Virus record (IMG/VR): IMGVR_UViG_3300028797_000156 | Location: 11,466 to 75,465 of that record | From: a virus | Taxonomy: Duplodnaviria; Caudoviricetes | DNA: 64,000 nt | Reading direction: 5' to 3' (one strand) | Part shown: one piece after another, positions 10,472-18,631 of the stretch | Layout: every line of letters starts with the position of its first letter | Position numbering within the stretch: the first letter of the stretch is position 1 | Made by a program: the position numbers and the translations under genes | The notes under the pieces: generated by a model | What the model was told of the DNA's origin: nothing | Databases searched by the model: none | The model's input: the letters and a program-made list of their open reading frames with translations, nothing else

Positions 10472-10864
10472 TCAATCTTGATCTGGTACATAAGGTACAT
10501 CAGTAGGTGAGTATACAACAACGAATGAATCGTCTGGAAGTGCATTGATTTCACGCTGAGTTGGGTTGTGGTCGAAGGTAACAATTTCAGATTCGAATCC
10601 GACAAGTTTCAAATCACCATTACGTTTATCATCTTCAACTGTTACTGAGATATACTGAGATGGTAAAACTCGATAAACTGTTTCTGAACCAGGATCAACC
10701 AACAAAGTATTTCTCTTGTATGTTTTACCAGATTCATAGTCAGCTATCGAAGCATTTCCCGCTCCACCAGCACCGATCTCAAGCTGCTCTAATTTTTCTG
10801 CAATGTTCTTTAATAATGTATTTTGATTACGAATAATCGTAAGTAATGCTGTAAACACATTCAT
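10472..10864 (-). CDS. 130-aa tail-module protein with a possible CBM5/12-like motif
   Basis: GAGGTG RBS; YESGKTYKRNTLLV...VYRV resembles the CBM5/12 pattern. Confidence 0.55.
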   Translation of the reverse strand: MNVFTALLTIIRNQNTLLKNIAEKLEQLEIGAGGAGNASIADYESGKTYKRNTLLVDPGSETVYRVLPSQYISVTVEDDKRNGDLKLVGFESEIVTFDHNPTQREINALPDDSFVVVYSPTDVPYVPDQD

Positions 10865-10881
10865 TTATATCACCTCTTTCA

Positions 10882-11085
10882 TTAAGATCCTTCTTGTTCA
10901 GCTAACCACTCATCAATTCGGTTCTCGATTCGTGTAAGCTGATCATTATTGTCTGACAGATAGGCTAATGTTTCAGCCATTTCTTCTTCCAGCTTCTTTA
11001 AAACGAAATCCCATGTGATGAGGTCGACTGTATCACCATCAGGGAGTTCAAAAGTAACTGGGATTGTATTATCTCTAGCAGCCAT
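10882..11085 (-). CDS. 67-aa hypothetical protein, first gene of the tail module
   Basis: AAAGGAG RBS; acidic helical sequence. Confidence 0.65.
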   Translation of the reverse strand: MAARDNTIPVTFELPDGDTVDLITWDFVLKKLEEEMAETLAYLSDNNDQLTRIENRIDEWLAEQEGS

Positions 11086-11110
11086 AGATAAGACTCCTTT
11101 CTATTAAGTT

Positions 11111-11122
11111 TAATGAAGCGTT
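11111..11122 (-). promoter_or_regulatory. Candidate late promoter AACG-N6-TA for the tail module
   Basis: Minus strand AACGCTTCATTA 25 nt upstream of the ATG at 11085. Confidence 0.45.
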
Positions 11123-11184
11123 CATTGTATAAATAAAAGTACACAAGCATTTTTACACAAGAGAAACCGATGCAAATCACCAAC

Positions 11185-11209
11185 TATTAACCAGAATTTC
11201 TGGTTAATA
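11185..11209. promoter_or_regulatory. Perfect 12-bp inverted repeat upstream of nrdD (operator-like)
   Basis: TATTAACCAGAA-T-TTCTGGTTAATA. Confidence 0.45.
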
Positions 11210-11238
11210 AATCCAGTAAAAAAGGGGTACTAAAAACA

Positions 11239-12483
11239 ATGAAAAACCTAGCTTATGGAGCTTCATATATGAATGATGAGAAGCTCAAAAACGTTATACA
11301 GAAGAGAAATGGGGATATCGTTTCTTTCGATGAATCTAAGATAAAAAATGCAATTACCAAAGCAAATAACAAGATGAAACACCGCAATGACAAGCTCACA
11401 ATCCAAGAACTCGACGACATCGTTGCATTCATCGTACAGATCTATGAAAAAACATCAGCAACAACGACGGTCACAGTTGAATTCATTCAGGATGAAATTG
11501 AACGTGAACTTGTACGTCGCAACAAGTATCCTTTGGCAAAAGAGTACATGACATATCGTGCTCATCGTGCTCTTGCTCGTAAAAAGAATACAACAGATGA
11601 AATCATTCTTCAGTTGGTAAAAAATGAAAACAAAGAACTCATGGAAGAAAACTCCAATAAGAATACGATGCTCGCATCAACACAGCGTGATTACATCGCG
11701 GGTGAAGTATCACGTGATATATCAACACGTTTATTACTTCCTGAGAGAATCGTAAAGGCTCATAAAGAGGGTATACTTCATTTCCATGATCTTGATTACT
11801 TTGTACAGCCGATCTTCAACTGTTGTCTCATCAATATCGGAGATATGTTGGATAATGGTACAGTAATGAATGGAAAGAAGATCGATTCACCAAAAACATT
11901 TCAGGTTGCATGTACAGTAACAACACAGATTATCGCAGCTATTGCATCAAACCAGTATGGTGGTCAGTCTGTTAATGTAAAGCATCTTGGCAAGTATCTC
12001 CGTAAATCAAAAGAAAAATACGAAAGAGAATTAAGTCCATTATTTAATATGGATGATCCAAAAGAAAAACAAAAGTTTGATGATATCGTTGATATTAGAT
12101 TACATGATGAACTCCAAGCAGGTGTTCAGACAATCCAGTATCAGATTAATACATTAATGACAACAAATGGTCAAGCTCCATTCGTTACATTATTCTTGCA
12201 TCTTGATCCAGAAGATGAATATCTTGAAGAAACAGCAATGATTATCCAGGAAATACTCGTTCAAAGAATTCAAGGTATCAAGAATGAATCAGATGTATAC
12301 GTAACACCGGCATTTCCAAAACTTATTTATGTTCTGGATGAACATAATAATCTTTCCGGTGGAAAATATGATTATATAACTGAAACGGCAATCTCTTGTT
12401 CAATCAAGAGAATGTATCCAGATTATATCTCCGCAAAGAAGATGCGTGAGAATTATGAAGGTAACGTGTTCAGTTGCATGGGT
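11239..12483 (+). CDS. nrdD: Anaerobic (class III) ribonucleotide reductase, exon 1 (start 11239 or 11269)
   Basis: ATP-cone VIQKRNGDIVSFDESKI; HFHDLDY; NQYGGQS; FPKLIY; YPDYIS; ends VFSCMG where the intron starts. Confidence 0.95.
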
Positions 12484-12785
12484 AAGTGTAAATGTAGCAT
12501 CATGTAAAACCTTTTGAACCATTGCTCGTGGGTGTAACAATTAAAAGTTGTTGCTAACGGTTAGGACTCTTTGGGGTGGAAGCCATTGTAGTTGAGACCG
12601 TGCCAAGTCCGAAAGGAAAGGTGTATCGACTATCCCTGATGAATGTATGGGAGTAGGGACAGGAATTGAGCACTGTCGATGTGTTAAGGAAACCAAGCAT
12701 CTGAGAACCGAAGCGGAAGGCTACTCTTATTATATAATAAGAAAGAAGATATAGTCAGTGCCTATGGTGACATAGGAAGAACACG
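12484..12785 (+). mobile_element. ORF-less self-splicing group I intron (IA-like), 302 nt
   Basis: 5' splice site after U (GGU), terminal G at 12785; splicing restores MG-CRSFL in frame. P7 GACUA (12628-32) pairs with UAGUC in the S element AAGAUAUAGUC (12746-56). IGS GCAUCAUG (12497-504), P10 UGUA/UGCA, P9 CCUAUG-GUGA-CAUAGG, extra P7.1/7.2 region. Confidence 0.92.
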
Positions 12786-13742
12786 TGCAGATCATTCTTA
12801 TCAATTTGGAAGGATGAGAATGGTATTCCAAAGTTTGAAGGTAGATTCAATCAGGGTGTAGTATCACTCAATTTACCTCAAATTGCATTATTATCAGAAA
12901 AATCAGAAAAGACTTTCTGGAGATTACTGGATGAACGTCTTGAACTTTGCTTTGAAGCATTAATGTGCAGACATAAAGCTCTTGAAGGAACTCCTTCAGA
13001 TATATCTCCAATTCATTGGCAATATGGCGGTATCGCCAGATTAAATAAGGGAGAAAAGATTGATAAACTTCTCCATGATGGATATTCAACTATCTCACTT
13101 GGTTACATCGGTATTTACGAAACAACCAAGATCATGACAGGAGTATCACATACTGATCCAGAAGGAACAGAATTTGCATTAAGAGTAATGCACCATCTCA
13201 GAGAAACAACAGACAGATGGAAGAAGGAAACAGGATTAGGGTTCGGTTTATACGGAACTCCTGCAGAATCTCTATGCTACCGCTTCGCTGAAATCGATAA
13301 AAAGAAATTCGGAAGCATTCCAGATATCACAGACAAGGGTTATTATACTAACTCATATCATGTTGATGTTCGTGAACATATCGATGCTTTTGAAAAGCTT
13401 AAGTTTGAATCACAGTTCCAGCAGATATCATCCGGTGGAGCTATTTCATACATCGAAGTACCAAATATGTCTCACAACAAAGAAGCTATGAGAACTGTAG
13501 TAAAATTTATTTACGACAACATTCAGTATGCAGAATTCAACACAAAGTCAGATTACTGTCACAAGTGTGGATTCGATGGGGAAATACTATTAGATGATAA
13601 CAATGAATGGTATTGTCCTCAGTGTGGTAACAAAGACAAAAACTTCCTAACAGTTACCCGTCGTACATGTGGATACCTAGGAGCTAATTTCTGGAATGTT
13701 GGTAAAACGAAAGAAATTAAACAGAGAGTATTACACTTATAA
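12786..13742 (+). CDS. nrdD: Anaerobic ribonucleotide reductase, exon 2
   Basis: CRSFLSIWKDENG...GRFNQGVVSLNL; YGTPAESL; YYTNSYH; Zn site CHKC...CPQCG; glycyl radical motif RRTCGYLG. Confidence 0.95.
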   Translation, partial: CRSFLSIWKDENGIPKFEGRFNQGVVSLNLPQIALLSEKSEKTFWRLLDERLELCFEALMCRHKALEGTPSDISPIHWQYGGIARLNKGEKIDKLLHDGYSTISLGYIGIYETTKIMTGVSHTDPEGTEFALRVMHHLRETTDRWKKETGLGFGLYGTPAESLCYRFAEIDKKKFGSIPDITDKGYYTNSYHVDVREHIDAFEKLKFESQFQQISSGGAISYIEVPNMSHNKEAMRTVVKFIYDNIQYAEFNTKSDYCHKCGFDGEILLDDNNEWYCPQCGNKDKNFLTVTRRTCGYLGANFWNVGKTKEIKQRVLHL

Positions 13743-13754
13743 TAGGAGAAAATA

Positions 13755-13901
13755 ATGTTATCTTCATATTATGCAACAACGAATTCATTTCTACCATTCA
13801 ATTATGCTGGATGGTGGTTTACTAAATCAAAACAATATGAAATGAATACTACATCATCTAAGTATACATTAGATGGAACTCCAATATATTCATGGTATTA
13901 A
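13755..13901 (+). CDS. 48-aa aromatic/Ser/Thr-rich small ORF (not in track)
   Basis: AGGAG RBS; MLSSYYATTNSFLPFNYAGWWFTKSKQYEMNTTSSKYTLDGTPIYSWY; its stop abuts the next RBS. Confidence 0.55.
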   Translation: MLSSYYATTNSFLPFNYAGWWFTKSKQYEMNTTSSKYTLDGTPIYSWY

Positions 13902-13916
13902 GGAGGTTTGATAAAT

Positions 13917-14303
13917 ATGCAACTTGAAGATGATGAAGAAATAAAACCAGTACAAGGATTCACTGGATACTTTATAACATCCAAAGGAAGATTATTGACT
14001 GATATACCTGATTCATGTAGACAATTTACCCCAGATTATACTCCAGAAGAGGATCTTCATGAAGTAAAAACACGTTTAAATGATGGGTATAAAGCAGTCA
14101 ATATGAAATCTGAATCCGGTATAAAGAGCAGATTCATTCATCAGTTAGTGGGTAATGAGTTTGTACCAAACCCACGACATTACAGATGCTTGACTCATTT
14201 AGATCGCGATAAAATGAATAATTCCGCGGATAATCTAAAATGGGCAAGTAACTACGCAGTCAACAGGAATTCTCCAGATAGGAGTTTAACTGAAGACGAT
14301 TAA
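13917..14303 (+). CDS. Free-standing NUMOD4/HNH-type homing endonuclease
   Basis: IKPVQGFTGYFITSKGRL (NUMOD4-like); IHQLVGNEFVPNP...THLDRDKMNNSADNLKW (HNH_3-like); AGGAGG RBS. Confidence 0.8.
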   Translation: MQLEDDEEIKPVQGFTGYFITSKGRLLTDIPDSCRQFTPDYTPEEDLHEVKTRLNDGYKAVNMKSESGIKSRFIHQLVGNEFVPNPRHYRCLTHLDRDKMNNSADNLKWASNYAVNRNSPDRSLTEDD

Positions 14304-14325
14304 TATGATAAAAGGGGGAATTTAA

Positions 14326-14889
14326 TTGAATATATGCCAAATCAGGACTCATGATGTTGCGGATGGTCCAGGTGTCAGAGTAGCAGTATATGTTTCTGGA
14401 TGTGAATTTTATTGTCCAGAATGCCATAATAAAGAAGCATGGGACTTCAATTACGGGGAAAAATATAGTTTATCCAGTGAAACAAAAATCATGGATGCTA
14501 TCTGTAAGGAACATATTTCTGGGTTAAGCATTCTTGGTGGTGAACCATTACACCCAAGAAATGTTGAAATGGTTCTGGATATATGTCGTTTAATACGACT
14601 TAAATTCTACCGTGAAGACAGATCAATTTGGATCTGGACAGGATATACTGCTGAAGAGTTATTGGCATTACTCTCTGAAAATGACACCAAACATCGATTA
14701 ACTTTATCTGATCACGTTCGTGCGTTACACGAAATACTTTATCTTGCAGACGTAATCGTCGAAGGAAGATATGAAAAAGATAAAAAAGACCTAAGATTGA
14801 AATTCCGAGGATCTACCAACCAACGAATTATCAAGTCGCGTGAATTATTGGATAAAAAAATTGTAATCATCCCAGATGATGAGATATAA
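14326..14889 (+). CDS. nrdG: Anaerobic RNR activating radical-SAM enzyme
   Basis: DVADGPGVRVAVYVSGCEFYCPECHN (CxxxCxxC); GLSILGGEP; FRGSTNQRII. Confidence 0.95.
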   Translation: MNICQIRTHDVADGPGVRVAVYVSGCEFYCPECHNKEAWDFNYGEKYSLSSETKIMDAICKEHISGLSILGGEPLHPRNVEMVLDICRLIRLKFYREDRSIWIWTGYTAEELLALLSENDTKHRLTLSDHVRALHEILYLADVIVEGRYEKDKKDLRLKFRGSTNQRIIKSRELLDKKIVIIPDDEI

Positions 14890-14906
14890 AAAATTATAAA
14901 TGCATT

Positions 14907-14928
14907 GGACCACCCGTGCGGGTGGTCC
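14907..14928. terminator. Bidirectional terminator hairpin
   Basis: GGACCACCCG-TG-CGGGTGGTCC between convergent genes. Confidence 0.75.
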
Positions 14929-14960
14929 TTTGCTAATATATTGCGTTTCTTTTGTTCTGT

Positions 14961-15467
14961 TTATTTGATTATATCCACGATATCCACGCGAAATTCCGGA
15001 GCACACCATTCATCATTTTCATCTAACCCAGCATACCAGAACGTTACTCGATAAAGAGTGTCCGGGAGAGCTTCGAAATTATTACTGCTTACTGCAGCAT
15101 ACACTGCTTTATCATTAGAATCAACTAAGCTATATTTAGATCTGCTGCTGAAGCCATCATTGATTCTGATATAAGGCCAATGTAAGCTGTTGTCTATGGC
15201 TCTTATAAGTTCATTTTTACTAACTATTACTGTACCGGTTTTGCATTCATATAAACCTTCATATTCCGTTATTCCATATTGATTGATTATGTCATCTGGG
15301 TGTGGTTCAATTTCATAGTTCCATAAAATAGCTGGAATTCCCCATCCTTCTTTTGCTTTCTTGATGTTGATGAATCGGTTTTTTCCACTTGTGTCTCTCT
15401 TTACTATTACTGCATTATTCTTTGTCATAATAATCTTTCCTTTCATCTTATCAATTGATTTATCCAT
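14961..15467 (-). CDS. Hypothetical protein (likely start 15428, MTKNN)
   Basis: Long ORF; AAAGGA RBS before 15428. Confidence 0.65.
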   Translation of the reverse strand: MDKSIDKMKGKIIMTKNNAVIVKRDTSGKNRFINIKKAKEGWGIPAILWNYEIEPHPDDIINQYGITEYEGLYECKTGTVIVSKNELIRAIDNSLHWPYIRINDGFSSRSKYSLVDSNDKAVYAAVSSNNFEALPDTLYRVTFWYAGLDENDEWCAPEFRVDIVDIIK

Positions 15468-15537
15468 TTTAATCTTTTGAATGTAATCATATTATAAAGG
15501 CTATAAGCCCATATACCCAGAGCATTTTTATCACCCC

Positions 15538-15918
15538 TTAATCATCATGTGCTATTAATATTACTACCAGTAATATTATAACTAAAGCGTTTAATAATAT
15601 TCTAATGGTACTACCAGTCATGCCTGGTAAAACTTCACATAACAATGTGATGATAACCGTGGATATCGTTACCACCAACATATCATTGATATGCAACTTT
15701 CTTTTCTTTTTGTCATCCTTAATCTGATATATTCGTGTATCTCCACACACAGGACAGTATGTTCTGTATGTTGGTGTAGGGAATTCTACAGGATCATCAT
15801 TCCTCCACAGAAATTCAACATCAGTCGGAGCCGCCATGAAGATAGTATGACAACAGCCACACTCAGTGAGATATCCTTTCTTGAGTTTCATTCCTTTGCC
15901 ATATTTAATTATCTTCAT
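15538..15918 (-). CDS. Zn-ribbon protein with two C-terminal transmembrane helices
   Basis: ECGCCHT...YCPVCG; hydrophobic MLVVTISTVIITLLC and ILLNALVIILLVVILI. Confidence 0.7.
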   Translation of the reverse strand: MKIIKYGKGMKLKKGYLTECGCCHTIFMAAPTDVEFLWRNDDPVEFPTPTYRTYCPVCGDTRIYQIKDDKKKRKLHINDMLVVTISTVIITLLCEVLPGMTGSTIRILLNALVIILLVVILIAHDD

Positions 15919-16333
15919 TAGTATTCTCTCCTTTAGTTAATGCTTTAAGCTCTTTTAATTCTAGCTTGGCTTCTTTTAGTTCTTTTTCAAGCCGAGTAAT
16001 TTTATCAATTGCGGCTTTTACCGCCGGACTAGAAAAGTAATACCTGACATAATAATCATGTATTAATTGTTTACCGGTTTTGGATTTTACCTGCTGGTCA
16101 ACAGTCTCAATGAATTTATAAATAAATTCATTTATTGTGGGGATCTGTCTAAATGGATCATCTTCATATTTACTGTCGAAAAATTTATCCATTGTTTCTA
16201 TATGAATTTGTATATTGACTATATTCCCCGGGGATAATAGTTTTTCTAAAATATAATATGTTCTATATTTTTTAAACATATTATGTTTCTTTTTATAATA
16301 TTCATATTTTTCTTTTGCTTCATTATTAGTCAT
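15905..16333 (-). CDS. Hypothetical protein with C-terminal coiled coil
   Basis: AGGAGG RBS; ITRLEKELKEAKLELKELK. Confidence 0.7.
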   Translation of the reverse strand: MTNNEAKEKYEYYKKKHNMFKKYRTYYILEKLLSPGNIVNIQIHIETMDKFFDSKYEDDPFRQIPTINEFIYKFIETVDQQVKSKTGKQLIHDYYVRYYFSSPAVKAAIDKITRLEKELKEAKLELKELKALTKGENTNEDN

Positions 16334-16359
16334 AATTTATACCTCCTTAATATGCACAT

Positions 16360-16378
16360 TAATAATATACATATAGAA
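16360..16378 (-). promoter_or_regulatory. Candidate early phage promoter (sense TTCTATATGTATATTATTA)
   Basis: Same motif at 28385, 29504, 35579, 41678, 51878 and 62215, always upstream of minus-strand gene starts. Confidence 0.7.
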
Positions 16379-16388
16379 TTTCAAAATA

Positions 16389-16576
16389 AACGCAGATCGA
16401 ATCTGGGATGAGATCTGCGTTAAATATATAGATACAGGGAGTAAAAACCCTGTATCTATATATTTGATGTTCTGCATTAACGCGAATCGCAACGCAGTGG
16501 AGATTCGCGTTAATATATAATATATACCAGGAGTAGTTCTTAACGAACGAAACTCCTGGTATATATTATATATTAA
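16389..16576. repeat. Array of four consecutive perfect inverted repeats (A-B-A'-B')
   Basis: Stems 16389-16421 (10 bp), 16422-16465 (18 bp), 16476-16514 (13 bp), 16510-16576 (25 bp). Confidence 0.9.
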
Positions 16577-16588
16577 TTAGAAAAGAAA

Positions 16589-16612
16589 TCCCACCCCGTA
16601 ATTGGGGTGGGA
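16589..16612 (-). terminator. Rho-independent terminator
   Basis: TCCCACCCCG-taat-TGGGGTGGGA followed on the minus strand by TTTCTTTTCT. Confidence 0.75.
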
Positions 16613-16624
16613 AGTGGAGGGAAA

Positions 16625-17437
16625 TTAATCATCCTCCTTATCGATATAATAAGCATGGATGAACGATATAAAATCATGAGGCTGTCTTAGAGTTTCTAAG
16701 AAGTCTGGTGGTTGATTCTCATCCGCGTCGATGAAGGTACCATACTTATCGAAGGATAACTCTAAAGAATAAACATTCCACTTGCGGACTTCACCTGACT
16801 TGGTGATGATGATACGTATGAAGGTATGATCATCCGCAAATATTATCTTTAAATCTTCATAAGTCTTAATGTTTGGACCGCCATTACGACGCTTGTCGTC
16901 GACCACTAAGAAGCGGTCTTCGCAAACATGTGAATCGAACTCATTAAACTCTATACGTTCCTCGTGTTTAAGATAATTGGTGATGTTATTAACATTATTA
17001 ATGATATCTTCATACTTTCTTAATATGATGGAGAAATCATCTTTATGTTTGTATTTATCATACATTTCCCACCGGCTGAATAGATTATCCATCATTGGTG
17101 TATAAAGAGATACATCATAGAAGTAGATGATATCATCCTGTGGTGGGCCGATGAGATTGAAGTAACTGTTGAATGTTGTGAACTCACACGTCACCGCAAC
17201 GAGGTTGTTGATGAACGTGAGAGATGGTTTACCATCGGTATCTGTACGGACTTTGATGTCATGAATGTTGGATAATGAGAATGACTCTTTTGGTATATTA
17301 TATGTTTCCGTATGGCCATGCGGACCAATGAATTGGGCTACACTTGTCGAGAGGTTGATTATGACCTCTTCAAACTTACAGAACAATCTCTTTGTACTAC
17401 TCATTGGTATTCTCCCTCTGCTGTTCTTCGACATCAT
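16625..17437 (-). CDS. Hypothetical protein, paralog of 18624-19541 (likely start 17404)
   Basis: KRLFCKF/RRVFAKY, DRFLV/FRFLV, YEDLKII/YEDLKVF shared. Confidence 0.7.
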   Translation of the reverse strand: MMSKNSRGRIPMSSTKRLFCKFEEVIINLSTSVAQFIGPHGHTETYNIPKESFSLSNIHDIKVRTDTDGKPSLTFINNLVAVTCEFTTFNSYFNLIGPPQDDIIYFYDVSLYTPMMDNLFSRWEMYDKYKHKDDFSIILRKYEDIINNVNNITNYLKHEERIEFNEFDSHVCEDRFLVVDDKRRNGGPNIKTYEDLKIIFADDHTFIRIIITKSGEVRKWNVYSLELSFDKYGTFIDADENQPPDFLETLRQPHDFISFIHAYYIDKEDD

Positions 17438-18107
17438 TCACGAAATCTGCCATCTGAATCGCTGCTCCGCGGGTTGCACCAACTACAAGCGGACGGGATG
17501 GTTTAATATCCTTTTCACTTTCCCTCGGTATACGATTGATGGTCTTGTCGATATGGTGCTTGATATCTGCTTGTTCCGCTAACTGTTTCGCAAAATCGGA
17601 TAAATCTTTGTGGACTTTGTAATCATCAAGAATTGTCTTGGCACGGATATCAATGATGTAATAAATCATTGTGAACATATTTAAAACAATATCGTTATGG
17701 GATATTGCCCAGAATGCATCAGGACCGATTGTATCATCGATGGAAGGTGTGCCTTCTGGTAATATCTGCTTCATTGAATGTGGATCGAACACATTCATCT
17801 GGATGATGCCATTTTCATCCAATGGAATGAACAAATGTCCCAGCTCTTTCCAACCATCATCAATCCAACCATTTTCTTTTTCCTTTTCATAAATGGTTAT
17901 ATTTACTTTGGTTGGGTCTGTATCATGTAGATCGAGTACGTACTTTTCATCAAAATCATACACTCCACTGACATCGATCTGGTGCATTACCTGTGCTGCT
18001 GCTATGATGATTGATAATATTAACATATGATCAATGTTTATGGATTTATTCAATGATGCATGCTTCATATCAAGCAAGCTCATTCTTGGATATGATTGAT
18101 TTGTCAT
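17397..18107 (-). CDS. Hypothetical protein
   Basis: 236-aa ORF in a coupled minus-strand array, AGGAG RBS. Confidence 0.7.
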   Translation of the reverse strand: MTNQSYPRMSLLDMKHASLNKSINIDHMLILSIIIAAAQVMHQIDVSGVYDFDEKYVLDLHDTDPTKVNITIYEKEKENGWIDDGWKELGHLFIPLDENGIIQMNVFDPHSMKQILPEGTPSIDDTIGPDAFWAISHNDIVLNMFTMIYYIIDIRAKTILDDYKVHKDLSDFAKQLAEQADIKHHIDKTINRIPRESEKDIKPSRPLVVGATRGAAIQMADFVNDVEEQQRENTNE

Positions 18108-18631
18108 AATATCTCTCCTCTTACACCTATTTGTTGACGGATGATTATTTCTCTCATTCGTATGAGATAAAATACCATTCTGAAAATGTTTTCAACTGCT
18201 TCGCTGGCTGTGATAACAAAGTATGAATCGGCTGTTAATGTCTCTTCAACCTCACTGAAATTGATATTTTGATTATTGTCATAAAATGGTACGAATAACA
18301 TGCCTGCTGATGTACCGGTGAATGTTTCATCATACAAATTATACAACAACGTCAACTTCAAATGTCGATCGAATTCAACGTCTAATCCAAATCTTGTTTT
18401 TGGATCTCTGCCTGGTACTTTGAATTTGAACACAACGTGGTGTTCATCAAACTCATGCCATTTTTCCAACTTTGGCAATTCGGTATTCAATATGTACTGA
18501 ACTAAACGTATATCGGTACCAAATCCACCCGGAAATATTTCTGGGTTCTTTATCGAGTTTATACCTAATGTACCGTGCTTTGTATGTATCAGATTCAAAT
18601 CACCAATTCTTGGTGGCATTGGATCAACCAT
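18104..18631 (-). CDS. Hypothetical protein
   Basis: 175-aa ORF, GAGGAGG RBS, overlaps next gene by ATGA. Confidence 0.7.
   Translation of the reverse strand: MVDPMPPRIGDLNLIHTKHGTLGINSIKNPEIFPGGFGTDIRLVQYILNTELPKLEKWHEFDEHHVVFKFKVPGRDPKTRFGLDVEFDRHLKLTLLYNLYDETFTGTSAGMLFVPFYDNNQNINFSEVEETLTADSYFVITASEAVENIFRMVFYLIRMREIIIRQQIGVRGEIL

Noticed and set aside
11239-12507. 422-aa truncated NrdD and separate 259-aa ORF as a pseudogene or split gene
   Set aside because: Explained by the group I intron; splicing gives a continuous 733-aa protein
14326-14889. Radical-SAM RiPP maturase for the 48-aa peptide
   Set aside because: Sequence is a typical short NrdG without SPASM/twitch extension, next to nrdD
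16389-16576. CRISPR mini-array or integron attC array
   Set aside because: Units are not identical direct repeats with uniform spacers, no cas or integrase is visible, and attC-type GTT core ends and extrahelical bases are not evident
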